Source: Paramecium tetraurelia (lineage: Eukaryota). Taken from it: DNA of 64,000 nt. The position numbers and the translations under genes are program-made. Every line of letters begins with the position of its first letter. Positions within the stretch are counted from its first letter, which is position 1. This document shows positions 52,542 to 64,000 of the stretch, piece after piece. Where the stretch lies: contig CT868441.1 of assembly GCA_000165425.1 (NCBI GenBank), positions 186,001-250,000 of the forward strand, in the 5' to 3' direction. The notes under the pieces were generated by a model. The model was not told the origin of the DNA and ran no database searches. It saw only the letters and a list, made by a program, of their open reading frames with translations.

Positions 52542-53190
52542 ATGAAATACATCCTGACTGAGGAGCACGTTCCAATTCCTGAAAAGATTGAGATCACTTA
52601 GAAATCCAAGGTGGTTAAAGTCAAGGGTATCAAGTCATGTTATATCGTCTCTTAGGACCCAGAGGGGAATTAACCAAAAATTTCAGACATTCTGCTTTGG
52701 ACATCCAAGTTTAAAAGAAAGTGAATAAGAAGAACAATGTTGCCAAATCTAGAGTCAGCGTTAGAATGTGGCAATCATACAGAAAATAAAGATGCCAAGT
52801 TAATTCAGTTGCCTCTCAAATTAGAAACATGATTAGAGGTGTTACCACAGGTTATAAATTCAAGATGGTCTTGGCATATGCTCACTTTCCAATCATTATC
52901 AACCTTATTGGTAATGGATAAGGCGTTGAAATCAAGAATTTCCTTGGAGAAAAGATCATCAGAACCATCAAATGCCTTCCAGGAGTGACCATCACCAGAA
53001 ATGAAGCTGAAGAAAAGAGTAATAAAATCTTAATATACCCTCTATAGATGTCTTAACACTCTAAGGTAACGATTTGAATAACGTTTCACTCACCTGTGCA
53101 CTTATTCATTAAGCTTGTGCTGTTAAGAACAAGGATATTAGATAATTCTTAGATGGAATCTATGTTAGCGAAAAGCGTTTAGAAATTTGA
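52542..53190 (+). CDS. RPL9: 60S ribosomal protein L9 (uL6)
   Basis: [61 protein letters not shown]; 2 introns. Confidence 0.97.
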
Positions 53191-53647
53191 TAAAATAATA
53201 TATATAAGTACAATAAGATTATTGTTATGAATATAATTCAAATCCCTCCACTTTCATAACACTCATCTTCATCATCCTTCCACACTAGAAATATAATTTA
53301 TTATTTGTTATGAGTAAGAATTATGATGATATTGAAAGCACTCTTCCTAAAACTGAAGAAAACGTACTTTGGAGTATTTCTAGGGCATGGAATAAGTCGA
53401 ATAAATTTTATAAGGTATCAAATTTTATCATCCAAGAAATTTAAATTTAAAAAACATTTCGATTATTAAAATGAAATAGAATCCTTAAGCATTCTTCAAT
53501 CATTATTTACTGCTGATGATAACTATCTTTTTGTTGTCAAATATATATTTTTATGAGAGCTGAAAGACAAGTTATTGAATAAGAATTACAAAATATTTAA
53601 AAGAAAAATTGTTGTTGGAATGAAATTTAATTAATATCATTATTTAC

Positions 53648-54493
53648 ATGAACATGCCATACTTTAAGCCTCGTTCATAAGCAAGTCAGAATTCTTTTAT
53701 TAAACAATATCAAGACTTCCTATAAAAGAATAGAAAGAATACTGCATCCATCTTAGAACCAAAAAAACAATAAGCAAAATAATCATATTCTCCACTCTTT
53801 AAACAACCTAAATTAAGTTAAACAAAAGTTAAAAATTTAAGATTGCAAACTAGTCCCAGTCCTAAGAGAGCACATTGCTATTCTCTTAGTAGTAATCAAT
53901 AAACTGAAAATTCCACCTAAATAGACAGATCTTTAAGTCAATATGAATTTGAAACAAAAGACAAATCTGTAGTTAGTAGTGCCAGTCTATTTTAGGAAAC
54001 AACAAAATAATTAGAAGAAATTAAATAACAGACTCCTGAGTTACAATAAGGGATCGTTGGAATTTTGGGTTTAATTAAAAAGGAAAAATAAGTCATTTTA
54101 AATGACATGAAGCATATGACAAAGCAAATGAACAAATATAAATAACAATATGAGGAAATCTAAAAGCAATAAGAATAATTGTAGCACAAATTCAAAGTAG
54201 CCAAAGATGGCAATGAAATTCATGCTCGTTCTAAAGATAAAGTTAATGACACTTACCTTTAAATGATTTAATTGCTGAAAGGCCTTCAAGTTGAGTATAA
54301 TGATGTCTTACCTGAATTAGAATTTAGTTTACAAAATCAAATTGAAGATGTAGATGAAGAAGTAAGAATACCAGATAAAGATGAGATTATAATCTTATAG
54401 AAATTAATCATTAAAAAGCTTGTCAAGAAAATTGAGGATTAAAAACAACTAAATTAATTACTCTAAACTAAAATCAAAGAATATGAAATTTGA
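53648..54493 (+). CDS. Hypothetical coiled-coil protein (281 aa)
   Basis: Uninterrupted code-6 frame MNMPYFKPRSQ...KIKEYEI-TGA. Confidence 0.7.
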
Positions 54494-54516
54494 TTTTACT
54501 TTATATTATATATTTA

Positions 54517-56366
54517 ATGTTTATTATAATACTATTCCAAATTATTACAACAACCTTTGCATTTCCAGATGTCACGCTCTCATTTGGATCTCTCAGACCA
54601 AAATAAAAAGATCCTGAAGAAAACCTGCCTGCTGTTGTTTATGAAAATAACCAAATGAATAGGTATTTCGATTATGATCAATTCCCATTATTATCCTGTT
54701 GTCCCACCAATCTAACTAAGTATAAAGTAGATACATTAAATCTTCATGGACATGGTAAGTAGAAATTTACATTACCCTTAATCATCACAAATAATCAAGA
54801 CAAAACAATTGTTTTGAGATAATTAACAATAACAGACTATTTAGATTATTAAGACATCCCTGTTGCTCCTCAATTATCTTCTCTACCAATAATATAACCT
54901 CATTAAAGTTTTGTTGTCGACCTTATTCACAGTTGCGAAAGATAAGTTAATAACTCTAATTACTGGAGCATATAAAATGTATTTATTCGATTTCAAGACT
55001 TTTAAGGTTTGAATTTCTAATATTAATTCATATGTGATAGTGATTTTCATCCTAAAAGGTACTTAATTAATGTATAAATAGATTTGATTGGAGCAATGTC
55101 ATCTTAATTACTTTTGACTCTGTTGCTATTATTATTTTAGCGACTTTCGGAAAAATTTACTCATTTCGCATAACTTTTGTGACTCCTGCTAAAAGAAAAT
55201 AGTTTTAAGAGCAAAACATCTAAAATGTAGATCTAAGTCCTTTTTAAGGATTTTATTTATATTGGCCTTAAGCCTTGGTATACATGATGTTATTACTAAT
55301 CGCTTTGTTTACTTCAATGAGTTATAAAGAAAAAGCAGAGCAAATCATAAAAATCTTAGTCTATATAATTTGCATTTTAACTTCATTCCATTTTTTTAAT
55401 GAGATCTTTGGTAAATTTAGAAATACTCTTCCATTTTTAGCTTAAAAGATTTATTGCTTAAAAATTAGGGATTATTTCTCAATTATTTTATCAGCTCTGC
55501 TGCTATTCTTTTATCTTTATTATGAACAACCATGGTTTGTATGTATTATTTGATAACTACTCTTAGGTTAGTAATCTTTTATCAATTTGTATTTTAGGAT
55601 CTTTGATCAAATTATTCAAAATAACATCCTTAAAACATGCCCTCTAATTTTTTGTACCCCTTATGATTGTTGATATATTTTGTTCCATTTATTTGAGTTA
55701 AACTGTCAGATATGAATGGGATAGTGTTGCATTGAGATATTTCAACACTCCATTATCAGCATAATTTCCTTATTTTCGATATATATACAAGAAAAAATGT
55801 GCATGGGTTTCTATTTTCAATTTGCTGTTTCCTGGTAATTTGTTAAACTACTTATTAGGTTTCTTTTTGGGTTATGTAAACAGATTTGACAAACATAAGT
55901 AAACATACGTCTACGAAATTATTGCCTTCTTTGGATTACTTTTAGGACTCCTTTTTTGGGTTCTAATTCAATATATTTTTTCATTTCCTCTTCCAACGTA
56001 TCTAAAAATTAATATTAAAGTTCTATCTTCACAGAAGTGTTGATGATCCTAACTACCGCTTTGGTAGCAGTATAGAGAAATGAATTCAATATATTTTATT
56101 CAGGGAATTTCTATGATCAGATACTCATGGATCCATTCAAAAATGATATTGCCCTTTAAGAGCCTACAACAGTGGAAATGTTTGGATTAGGCACTACCAC
56201 TTAAGTAATCAACTAGGACACTGTATAATAATAAGACCTAGTGACTAGAGGAGAATAAGGTTTAATATTTAATAATCAACTCTTTGCTGGACTGGCTTCC
56301 ATTAATCGTTCTTAATAATAAAATGTTTTATAATCAAAACAATAAAGTCAATTTCAAAAATATTGA
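54517..56366 (+). CDS. Signal peptide peptidase (A22B/SPPL)-like polytopic membrane protein with degenerate catalytic motifs
   Basis: Signal peptide and luminal domain, then W..SNLL, ITSLK...LMIVDIF, TPLSAQFP, WVSIFNLLFPGFFLGYVNRFD, FPLPT, collinear with SPP YD / P.KL.FP / LGLGD..IPG..RFD / QPAL. Confidence 0.7.
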
Positions 56367-56804
56367 AAACGATGTTGTATTTTATTACAAATTACATTAT
56401 ATAAAATTTCATATAAATATAAATAAGAACACAATATTAAAATTATTAATTTTAATAAAATCCACTTTCTCCATTATATTAAATTTTAAAGCTTAATATT
56501 ATTTGTAAGTATGAAGATCCCTGTTTGTCATAAGATTATTACTTTGAAATAATTTAAAAAGAAATTATCGGAATTAATGAAATTAGCACGAATTTATTAA
56601 CTTTAAGATTTGATATCGTAAATATTTTTATTTATAGAGAGAAAAAAATAACTCTGAACAAGTTAAATTCTTAATAAATAAAAGCCCATTTTATTAAATA
56701 TTTAATTCATACTTTTTCTAAGATCAATTTAATTAATAATATCAATGATGTAATTTCCCAAATTATTTTTGATTTTATAATATTCAACAATAATAATAAT
56801 AATA

Positions 56805-59385
56805 ATGAAGAGGAGTGAATAAATTAATAGTAATTTCTAGATCATATGATATTCTACTAGAAGCAATCTCTATAAGAGAAGCACAAGAAGTTGAAAACCA
56901 ACTGCTAAAATAAAATCATTGCTAAGTTTTAGGTTTTTTGAAGCATGAATAGAGATTATATCAAAGTGAAATTACAATTAACTTGAGTGAAAATTCTGAA
57001 TTAATCTTTGTTAAAGAGGGAGAAGTTCTTTCAATGTAAGTACTCCAGTTCAACTCTAGTTAAAAATATATTGATCATAATACCATTTTGAATATTAGTC
57101 CTAATTTTGAACAACTTAAGAGATTATTTTGGGTTGGATAGACCAATAAAAAGGGATAGAAGATTGGGAAATGGAATGCATTTTGGAGAGGTGAGAACCT
57201 TAATGTTGGAGGGTGTTACTATGATAACGGAGAAAAATATGGAAAATGGATTGAATTATTTGAGAATTATTGGGAGTAATTATCACGCAAAATATAAGTA
57301 AAGCCTAAGTCACATACTAAGGCTATTATGAAAATAATAAGAAACAAGGGTATTGGAAAATTCTTTCTAGTGACACAGAAATGTAAATTAGAATTAAAAA
57401 TATTAAATTAGTGGGGGTGGAGAGTATGAAGATGGGGAAAAAACTGGATATTGGGTTGATATTTACGAAAATTATAGTAGGTTGGCAATCTTATTTATAT
57501 CTTTTAGTTGGTGTAAGGTTACAGAGAGAGGGAAATATAAGAATGGGAAGAAAATAAAGGAATGGATTTAAATATATCAGAATAAAATAGTGTTTATTAA
57601 ATTCTTTATAAATTAGAGGAGCTGGAACCTATAATGATGATTATGTTAAAGCAGGACAGTGGTCTGATTTGCATGAAAACTTTTATGAGTATATTAGAAA
57701 CTAAAGAGTTTAGTTGGTGTCAAGTGACCCATGAAGGAAAGTATTAAAATGGGATAAAAAAAGGATAGTGGAAGACAATTTTTGAATAAAAAACGCTGTG
57801 AGAATTTTATTATAATCTTAGTGCATAAGTAAACTACAAAGAAGGAGGAATAAAGGATGGAGATTGGTGTGAGATTTATAACAACTTCTCTATGTAATAA
57901 TTCTATTAATTTTTATAGAAATAATTAGACAAAATACATTTGCAAATATAAAGATGGGAAGCCATGCAAATAATTGCATATAATTGATAAAATCCATACT
58001 ATGTATTATTTCAAATATAATAAATAAGTGGAGGTGGGACATTTAATGAAAATGGAATGAAAAATTGGAAATGGATAGAAATACACGAAAATTATTAAGA
58101 GTTATACATACATAAATAAAATATATTAGTTACGGTAAAGTGACTTATGAAGGAATATATAACAATGAAAGAAAAGAAGGAAAATGGCGCACTTATTATA
58201 ATTACTTTTTAATGTAATTATTTTATTTGATTCAATATTTAGAGGTGGAGGGTGTTATTAATTTGGATTAAAGTTTGGCAATTGGATTGATTTACATGAA
58301 CATTTTTAAGAGTAAATTCACAATTTATTCGAATAGTTCATGTTAGGTGAGTTTTAAAGGAGAGTACAAAAATGGAAAGAAAATTAAAAGGTGGGATACA
58401 TTATATAAATAAGAAATAATGTAAATGAAAACTGTATTAATTCTTTAGAGGAGGAGGTTAATATGATGAAAATGAATACAAAATCGGAAGATGGATTACT
58501 TTAGATGAAAATTTTGGAAGGTAGAAAATATTAGTTTAATTTATCAGTCTTTGTTAGGTTACTTGGAATGGATAATACAGTAAAGGAATTAAATTTGGAA
58601 AATGGGAAATCTATTTTAAGAATTAAATTATGTATTTTGAAATCTATTAATATAAGTGGAGGCGGAATCTATGATTATAAGGGTACAAAATAGGGCCAAT
58701 GGATTGAATTACATTCTCAGTTTTGGGAGTAAGAACCTCTTAATAATTAGCTAATAATGCATCAGATTTAGTGGAGAGTATTTTGATGGAAGAAAACAGG
58801 GATTTTGGGAGACATTGTAATAGAATAAAAGAATGTAGAATCAAATATTGTTAAATTTAGTGGAGGAGGAAAATATGATTTAGATGGCATGAAGTAAGGT
58901 AAATGGATTCAATTGCATCAAAAGTTTTTGAAGTACTTGATTTATGCTTAAGAAAGGAATAATCTATTTTTTATTGGGGATTATGTGGATTCTAGAAAAT
59001 GTGGAAAATGGGATGCCCTATTGGATCAGAAATTAATGTTAGTTTAATTTACATATTAGAGGATGTGGTTTGTATGATGATAATGGATTTAAAATTGGAA
59101 ATTGGATTGATTTACATGAGCCTTATATGAAGTAAGGAATAGTAATTGATCATAGCACTTGCATTAGTTATTTGGGGAAGTACAACAATGGAAGGAAAGA
59201 AGGAGAATGGAAGACCTTTATTTAATATCAGCAGATGTATAGGAGATTGATTATTCACATATAGCGGAGGAGGGCATTATGATGAAAATGGATAAAAAAG
59301 TGGAAAATGGATAGAATTGGATGGGAATTATAACCAAAATATATTAACTAGAGAGGCAGAATATCAAAATGGTATAAAGTAGTGA
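56805..59385 (+). CDS. Tandem-repeat protein (MORN-variant-like GGGxY..GxKxGxW / GxYxxGxKxGxW units) with about 22 introns
   Basis: About 10 genomic units of roughly 205-210 nt, each encoding GGG.YD..G.K.G.WI.L...F and QV...G.Y.NG.K.G.W. Ends GIKQ-TGA. Confidence 0.8.
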
Positions 59386-59494
59386 GGTTGTTTAATATAA
59401 ATATATACAATTTTTGAGTTTTTTTAAATAGTATTGAGGTTTGAACAAATTTATATATAATTGGTATGAGTATTTGTTTAATAAATTAAAATAA

Positions 59495-62400
59495 ATGGGA
59501 AACACCCAAGGGACACCAAGTGATTTGGACTCATTTAGGAAATATGCTGGACTAACAATTAAGCATGTTATGATGCTGAGGTACAAGTTGTATAATAGGA
59601 ATAGGGAACGGCTGGAAATGTTATCGGAGGCGGATTTAAGTATAACAAAGGACGCATTTTCTTTGGCGATGAAGACAAAGGAGGAGGAGACTGAAAGGGT
59701 ATAAGTAATATATATAATAAAGATATTTCGTATATTTGATTTGAGCAGTTCAGGTAAAATAGAAACATTAGAGTTTGTGTGTGCATTGTCATTGATGGCC
59801 TATGCAAATCTAAGGGTATGTAATAATGATGAGATAGGAAAAATGTGATTTAATGTTTGGGTTATATGACTTTGATCGAAATAGAACGATGAATAAATAG
59901 GAGTTGATCATATTGATAAAGACAGTTCTAACAACAGTGAATGCCATATCGTCGAAAGGAGAATGTTCAATATAAGAGGCAGTTGGGATAGCATAGGTCA
60001 TTTTGGATCGTTATGACACAAATGGAGATGCTTCAATATCAGCAAAAGAGTTCTACAGTTTCGTTTCCAAAGATCCTGATATAGTGAAAATGTTATTAAG
60101 CTATGGATTAATATCAATACAGGATTTGAGATTCAATTTTGGTGAGCCTTAGAATAGTGAGTTGCCAGTGCCTGAGGCAGACAGTGATTTAGAAAATGAA
60201 ATATATAAGAGCAGGATTATAAAGACAGCAGAGGATGAAGGAGTGGCTTTGGGATTAGAGACTTAGATGAAAGGGAATGGGATTGAATAGCTGGCTTGGT
60301 ATTAGTAATTATCAAAGGATAATATGATTATGGATCCAGATGATCCTGAAGATGTAAATGGGAATCCACCGAATGCAACTTTGGAGATTGATCATGTCTA
60401 TGGATTTAGATGTTTTGATACTAGAAACAACATCAAATATTCAACCGAGAATGAATTGTTGTATCACACAGGTAGTTTAGTGATCAAAGACGGAGAGAAG
60501 TAGGAATTCTTTATGGAACACACTGACGATGTGACATGCTTGGATGTATGGGAACATTTGGTGGCAACTGGATAGATGGGGTCAAAGCCATCCATATTTG
60601 TATGGGATTCAAGGTCAATGGAATTGAGAGCAGTATTTAGAGGAGTGTTAACAGTAGGAGTAAGCAATCTATGTATATCGAATGACGGAAGGAAGTTGGC
60701 AGCAGTGGGGATGGATGAAGATCAATGTGTTGTTGTGTATGATATAGAAAAAGGGTCTTAAACGAGAATGAATGGGAGGAAGGATGAGTCTTTGTTGGCT
60801 AATGGAAAAGGGCCTATTGTTGAGATATTTGATATCAAGTTTGAAAAATCTGATAAGTAGATTGTGATTGCATGTATGGGAGAAGTGAATTTTGTTACTT
60901 ATGACAACAATGTATTAAGAGTAGTAAAGGGGATGTGGGATTCTAAATATTGTTCCTATTAAGCTATTTTATCGATTGGATTGTTGGAGAATGCGGTGGT
61001 GGTAGGATCATTTAAAGGATATTTGCTCTTATGGAGAGTGGGTAGAACTACAATGGCTATTCCTGATGCTCATAAGGGACCTATTACAACCATTCATACC
61101 TGTAGTAAGAAGATTATGATCTTGACTGGAGGAAAAGATGGTTAAATTGGATGGTGGGACCACAATCTGAAGAAGATTAGAGCTTTCAATCTCGCCAATT
61201 AGAAAGATATTTAATTAAACAATATCAAAATTACTGCTTTGTATGAGAATATGGATTAAACTGCTATTTTGATAGGAACGAGAGGAGGATAGATCTTGGA
61301 ACTTAAAAACAGTGAATTGAAAGTAAGAGTAAATTCACATTTCGATGGCAAATTGGAAGCTTTAGTGTGTCATCCTACAAAAGATTTATTTTACACTTCT
61401 GGTGAGGATCAGATGTTGATGTTATGGGATCTGAGTACTAAAGAATTGAAGGAAAAGAAGAAATTTGATTATTGTATTAAGACTTTAGATGTCAATGATA
61501 AGTATTTGGTTGGTGGATGTGGCAATGGTAATGTTCTACTATTGGAGCCTTACAAATTAACACTTTTGTAAGATTTCAAAGACAGAGATAGTGAAATCAC
61601 GTGTATTAGAATTGTGGATGAATATTTAATTGCATTTTACTCATCACCATATTATGAATTCTTTGTTTATAGTATCAGGTAGAAGTTTAAGAAATTGTTA
61701 TCCATTCCAGGCAGACCTGGTAATTGCACATCTATTGATTATTCAATGACCAAAAGGATTTTAGTCACTTTTGATAATCAATAATTGTGGTGTATTGATT
61801 TGGATCAGAGATAATTGATTAAATACAAGGAAGATGATTGGAAATCCTTTACTTCTATTTATGGATGGTAGATAAAAGGAGCTTGGCCATAGAAGGCTGA
61901 TGGAACAGAAATCATTACGACTGATAGAGATAGCACAAAATCAGTCCTAGCGATTGGGGACAAATATGGATAGATAAAACTATATAAGTATCCTGCTTAC
62001 AAATTAAACTGCAGTTTCTATCGTTATTTGGGTCATAGTGGTAGAATCAGTAAGCTAAGATTCTCATTTAATGATAAATGTCTCATTAGTCTTGGAGAGA
62101 ATGAGAAAAGCATAATTCAATGGAACTTTCAGGTCGAACAGAATGTCGTGGAAAGAAGTAGTACAGCTCATTCAAGGAATCGAAGTGCTTTCAAATCAGA
62201 GTTAGATCAGTTTGATGATCAGATGGATGGTAATGATAACTAAAAGACTAACAAGCCATTCCTGGATTAAATCAAAATGGATGAGGCTGAAGAAGAATCA
62301 ATGAAGTTACCTGTTAATTATCTTAATTTGCGATATATCTTTGGAGTGTCCACCAGTTATAAAGGGAACACTCTATATTAACAACTGAAATATGCTGGTC

Positions 62401-64000
62401 AACAAAAGATCGTTTATCCAATTGGTTGCATTTGTGTGATATTGGACACCAAAATCGATTAGACTGCACCCTATCGTAAACAGAATTTCTATTATGGACA
62501 TACGCAATTAATATTATGTTTGAGTGTACATCCAAAAAGTCAGATAATAGCAACTGGAACTGTTGGTGATGAAATCAATTTATGGGATGTGGACACACGT
62601 CAGACATTAGTTCATATTAGAGGGTATCATAAGAATGGGATTAAGAATTTGAAGTTTAGTATTGATGGCACATTGTTATTGACTTGTGGTTCTGATCAAT
62701 TTAACTCAATTTGTGTATATGATTGGTAGGCAAACAGAATTATTTGTAATTCAAAAGTAGATAAGTCCCCCTTAACTGATTGTTGTTTTCTGGGTAACCC
62801 AAAGGTCATTTAATTTGTAACTGTGGGTAAATACATGAGAGTATGGGAAATTAAGGGGAGAAACCTATCTTTTGATTAGTTTCCAGGGTAATTAAGTGCA
62901 GTAACCTTTGCTTTCAACAGTGAATTGGTATGTGCAAATGACTAAGGAGAGCTAATGGTAATCAAGAATAAGCAGACCAACAGAATTCTGGGTCACTCAG
63001 GTAGAGTGAATGTACTTATAGCAGTAAAACAGAATTTGTATTCTGGTGGTGATGATGGTAAGATTATTTTGTGGCATTCCATATAGAATTAATTATAGTA
63101 GATCTAGTAGTTCATGGAAACTCAAACTCCTCCTTTATTATCTATGGATATAAGGAATGATAACATAGTGTTTTTAACAAGCACTTGTGATATAAAGGAA
63201 TTGGTGATCACAGCACAGATACATTCTATTGATATCATTAAAGGCCACGGGGATGAAGTCAAGGGATTGGCAGTTTCTAAATACAAGGTTTATACTTGCA
63301 GCAGTGATCGAACAATTAAGGTGTGGGATATCCGTAACAGGGTTTGCTCGTTAAATAGTGAGCCATATCAATTTCAATTAAGATCTATTGATGTTTATAA
63401 TAATTTAATAGTTTGTGGAGATTCAAAAGGATTTCTGTATTTGTTAGATGAGAAGCTTTCGCCCTTGGGGAGTGCGTCAACCAATTTCAATTTGAAATAA
63501 AAAACTATAGCTTATGAGATATCCAGAGTTAAGTTTGATCCAAAAGGAAAGAGAGTGTGTGTTGGAGCCTAAGGTGGTCCATCACATGTTGAAATTTGGA
63601 CGATAAGTTAGGCTGATAACAGTTACAAGTTTGATAAAGAGAAGTAGATTATCAATTGTGGTTTTACAGGAGGTATTATGCAAATGGATTGGTCTGAGGA
63701 TGGCACTCATATTTTGGCATCATCTACAAATTATGAATTGAAATGCATATCCCTTCCTAAATAACGTGATGTTTAGTATAATTACGATATCAAATGGCAG
63801 ACTTGGTCTTGTATTTATGGTCCTGGATTACAGTACATATATCCACATAATCCTGGAGAGGACATAACCTCAGTTTGGTTGCACAAAACTAAGGAGGTGA
63901 AAAGTGAGACTGGTAATGTTAAGGAGTTCGTTTTTGTGACTGGAGATCAGTTTGGCAATATCTCTTTGTTTCAGTATCCAATCACAGGCAGATGTTGCAG
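59495..64000 (+). CDS. EML5/6-like HELP + WD40 protein with N-terminal myristoylation-like start and EF-hands; truncated by the window end
   Basis: MGNTQG start; EF-hand loops DFDRNRTMNKQE and DTNGDASISAKE; HELP motif PPNATLEIDHVYGFRCFDTRNN; WD repeats (HTDDVTCL, GHSGRISKLRFS); a second HELP-like LNLRYIFG. Confidence 0.85.

Noticed and set aside
57150..59340. Regularly spaced repeats with variable spacers resembling a CRISPR array
   Set aside because: The repeats are degenerate protein-coding exons and the spacers are GT..AG introns; the context is eukaryotic with no cas genes.
774..62553. Many short track ORFs on the strand opposite to real genes (e.g. 2914-3199, 9184-9815, 25770-25955, 59568-60667)
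   Set aside because: They are antisense or off-frame shadows of code-6 genes and carry no motifs.
2854..64000. Apparent functional cluster of cilia, Ca2+ and cGMP genes (ODF3-like, GC, CFAP210-like, channels, EML-like)
   Set aside because: Such genes are abundant in ciliate genomes and here are interspersed with unrelated housekeeping genes; there is no evidence of clustering beyond chance.

Overview
AT-rich, gene-dense eukaryotic DNA with the hallmarks of a Paramecium-type ciliate macronuclear chromosome. TAA/TAG read as Gln, TGA is the only stop, introns are tiny (about 20-31 nt, GT..AG) and intergenic gaps are often under 100 nt. The supplied standard-code ORF track therefore shows only fragments. 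Manual translation with genetic code 6 gives about 28 protein genes. They include a P-type-ATPase/guanylyl-cyclase fusion, two tandem four-domain cation channels, GSK3, SAE1/Aos1, VPS53, RPL9, a GDPD, a Myb factor, a CFAP210-like protein, a cAR/GCR1-like 7TM protein, a BCH-RhoGAP, an SPP-like protein, a highly intron-periodic repeat protein and an EF-hand/EML-like WD40 protein. There are also several decayed relics, one a recognisable beta-tubulin C-terminus. The most notable items are the tandem Cav-like channels with an all-Asp (D/D/D/D) filter and eroded S4 sensors, an SPP homologue lacking the GxGD aspartate, a ZBBX-like protein carrying a SAM domain, and a frameshift in the VPS53 5' end. 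No rRNA, tRNA, CRISPR array or transposon was recognised. All coordinates and family calls come from reading by eye, not from database searches.
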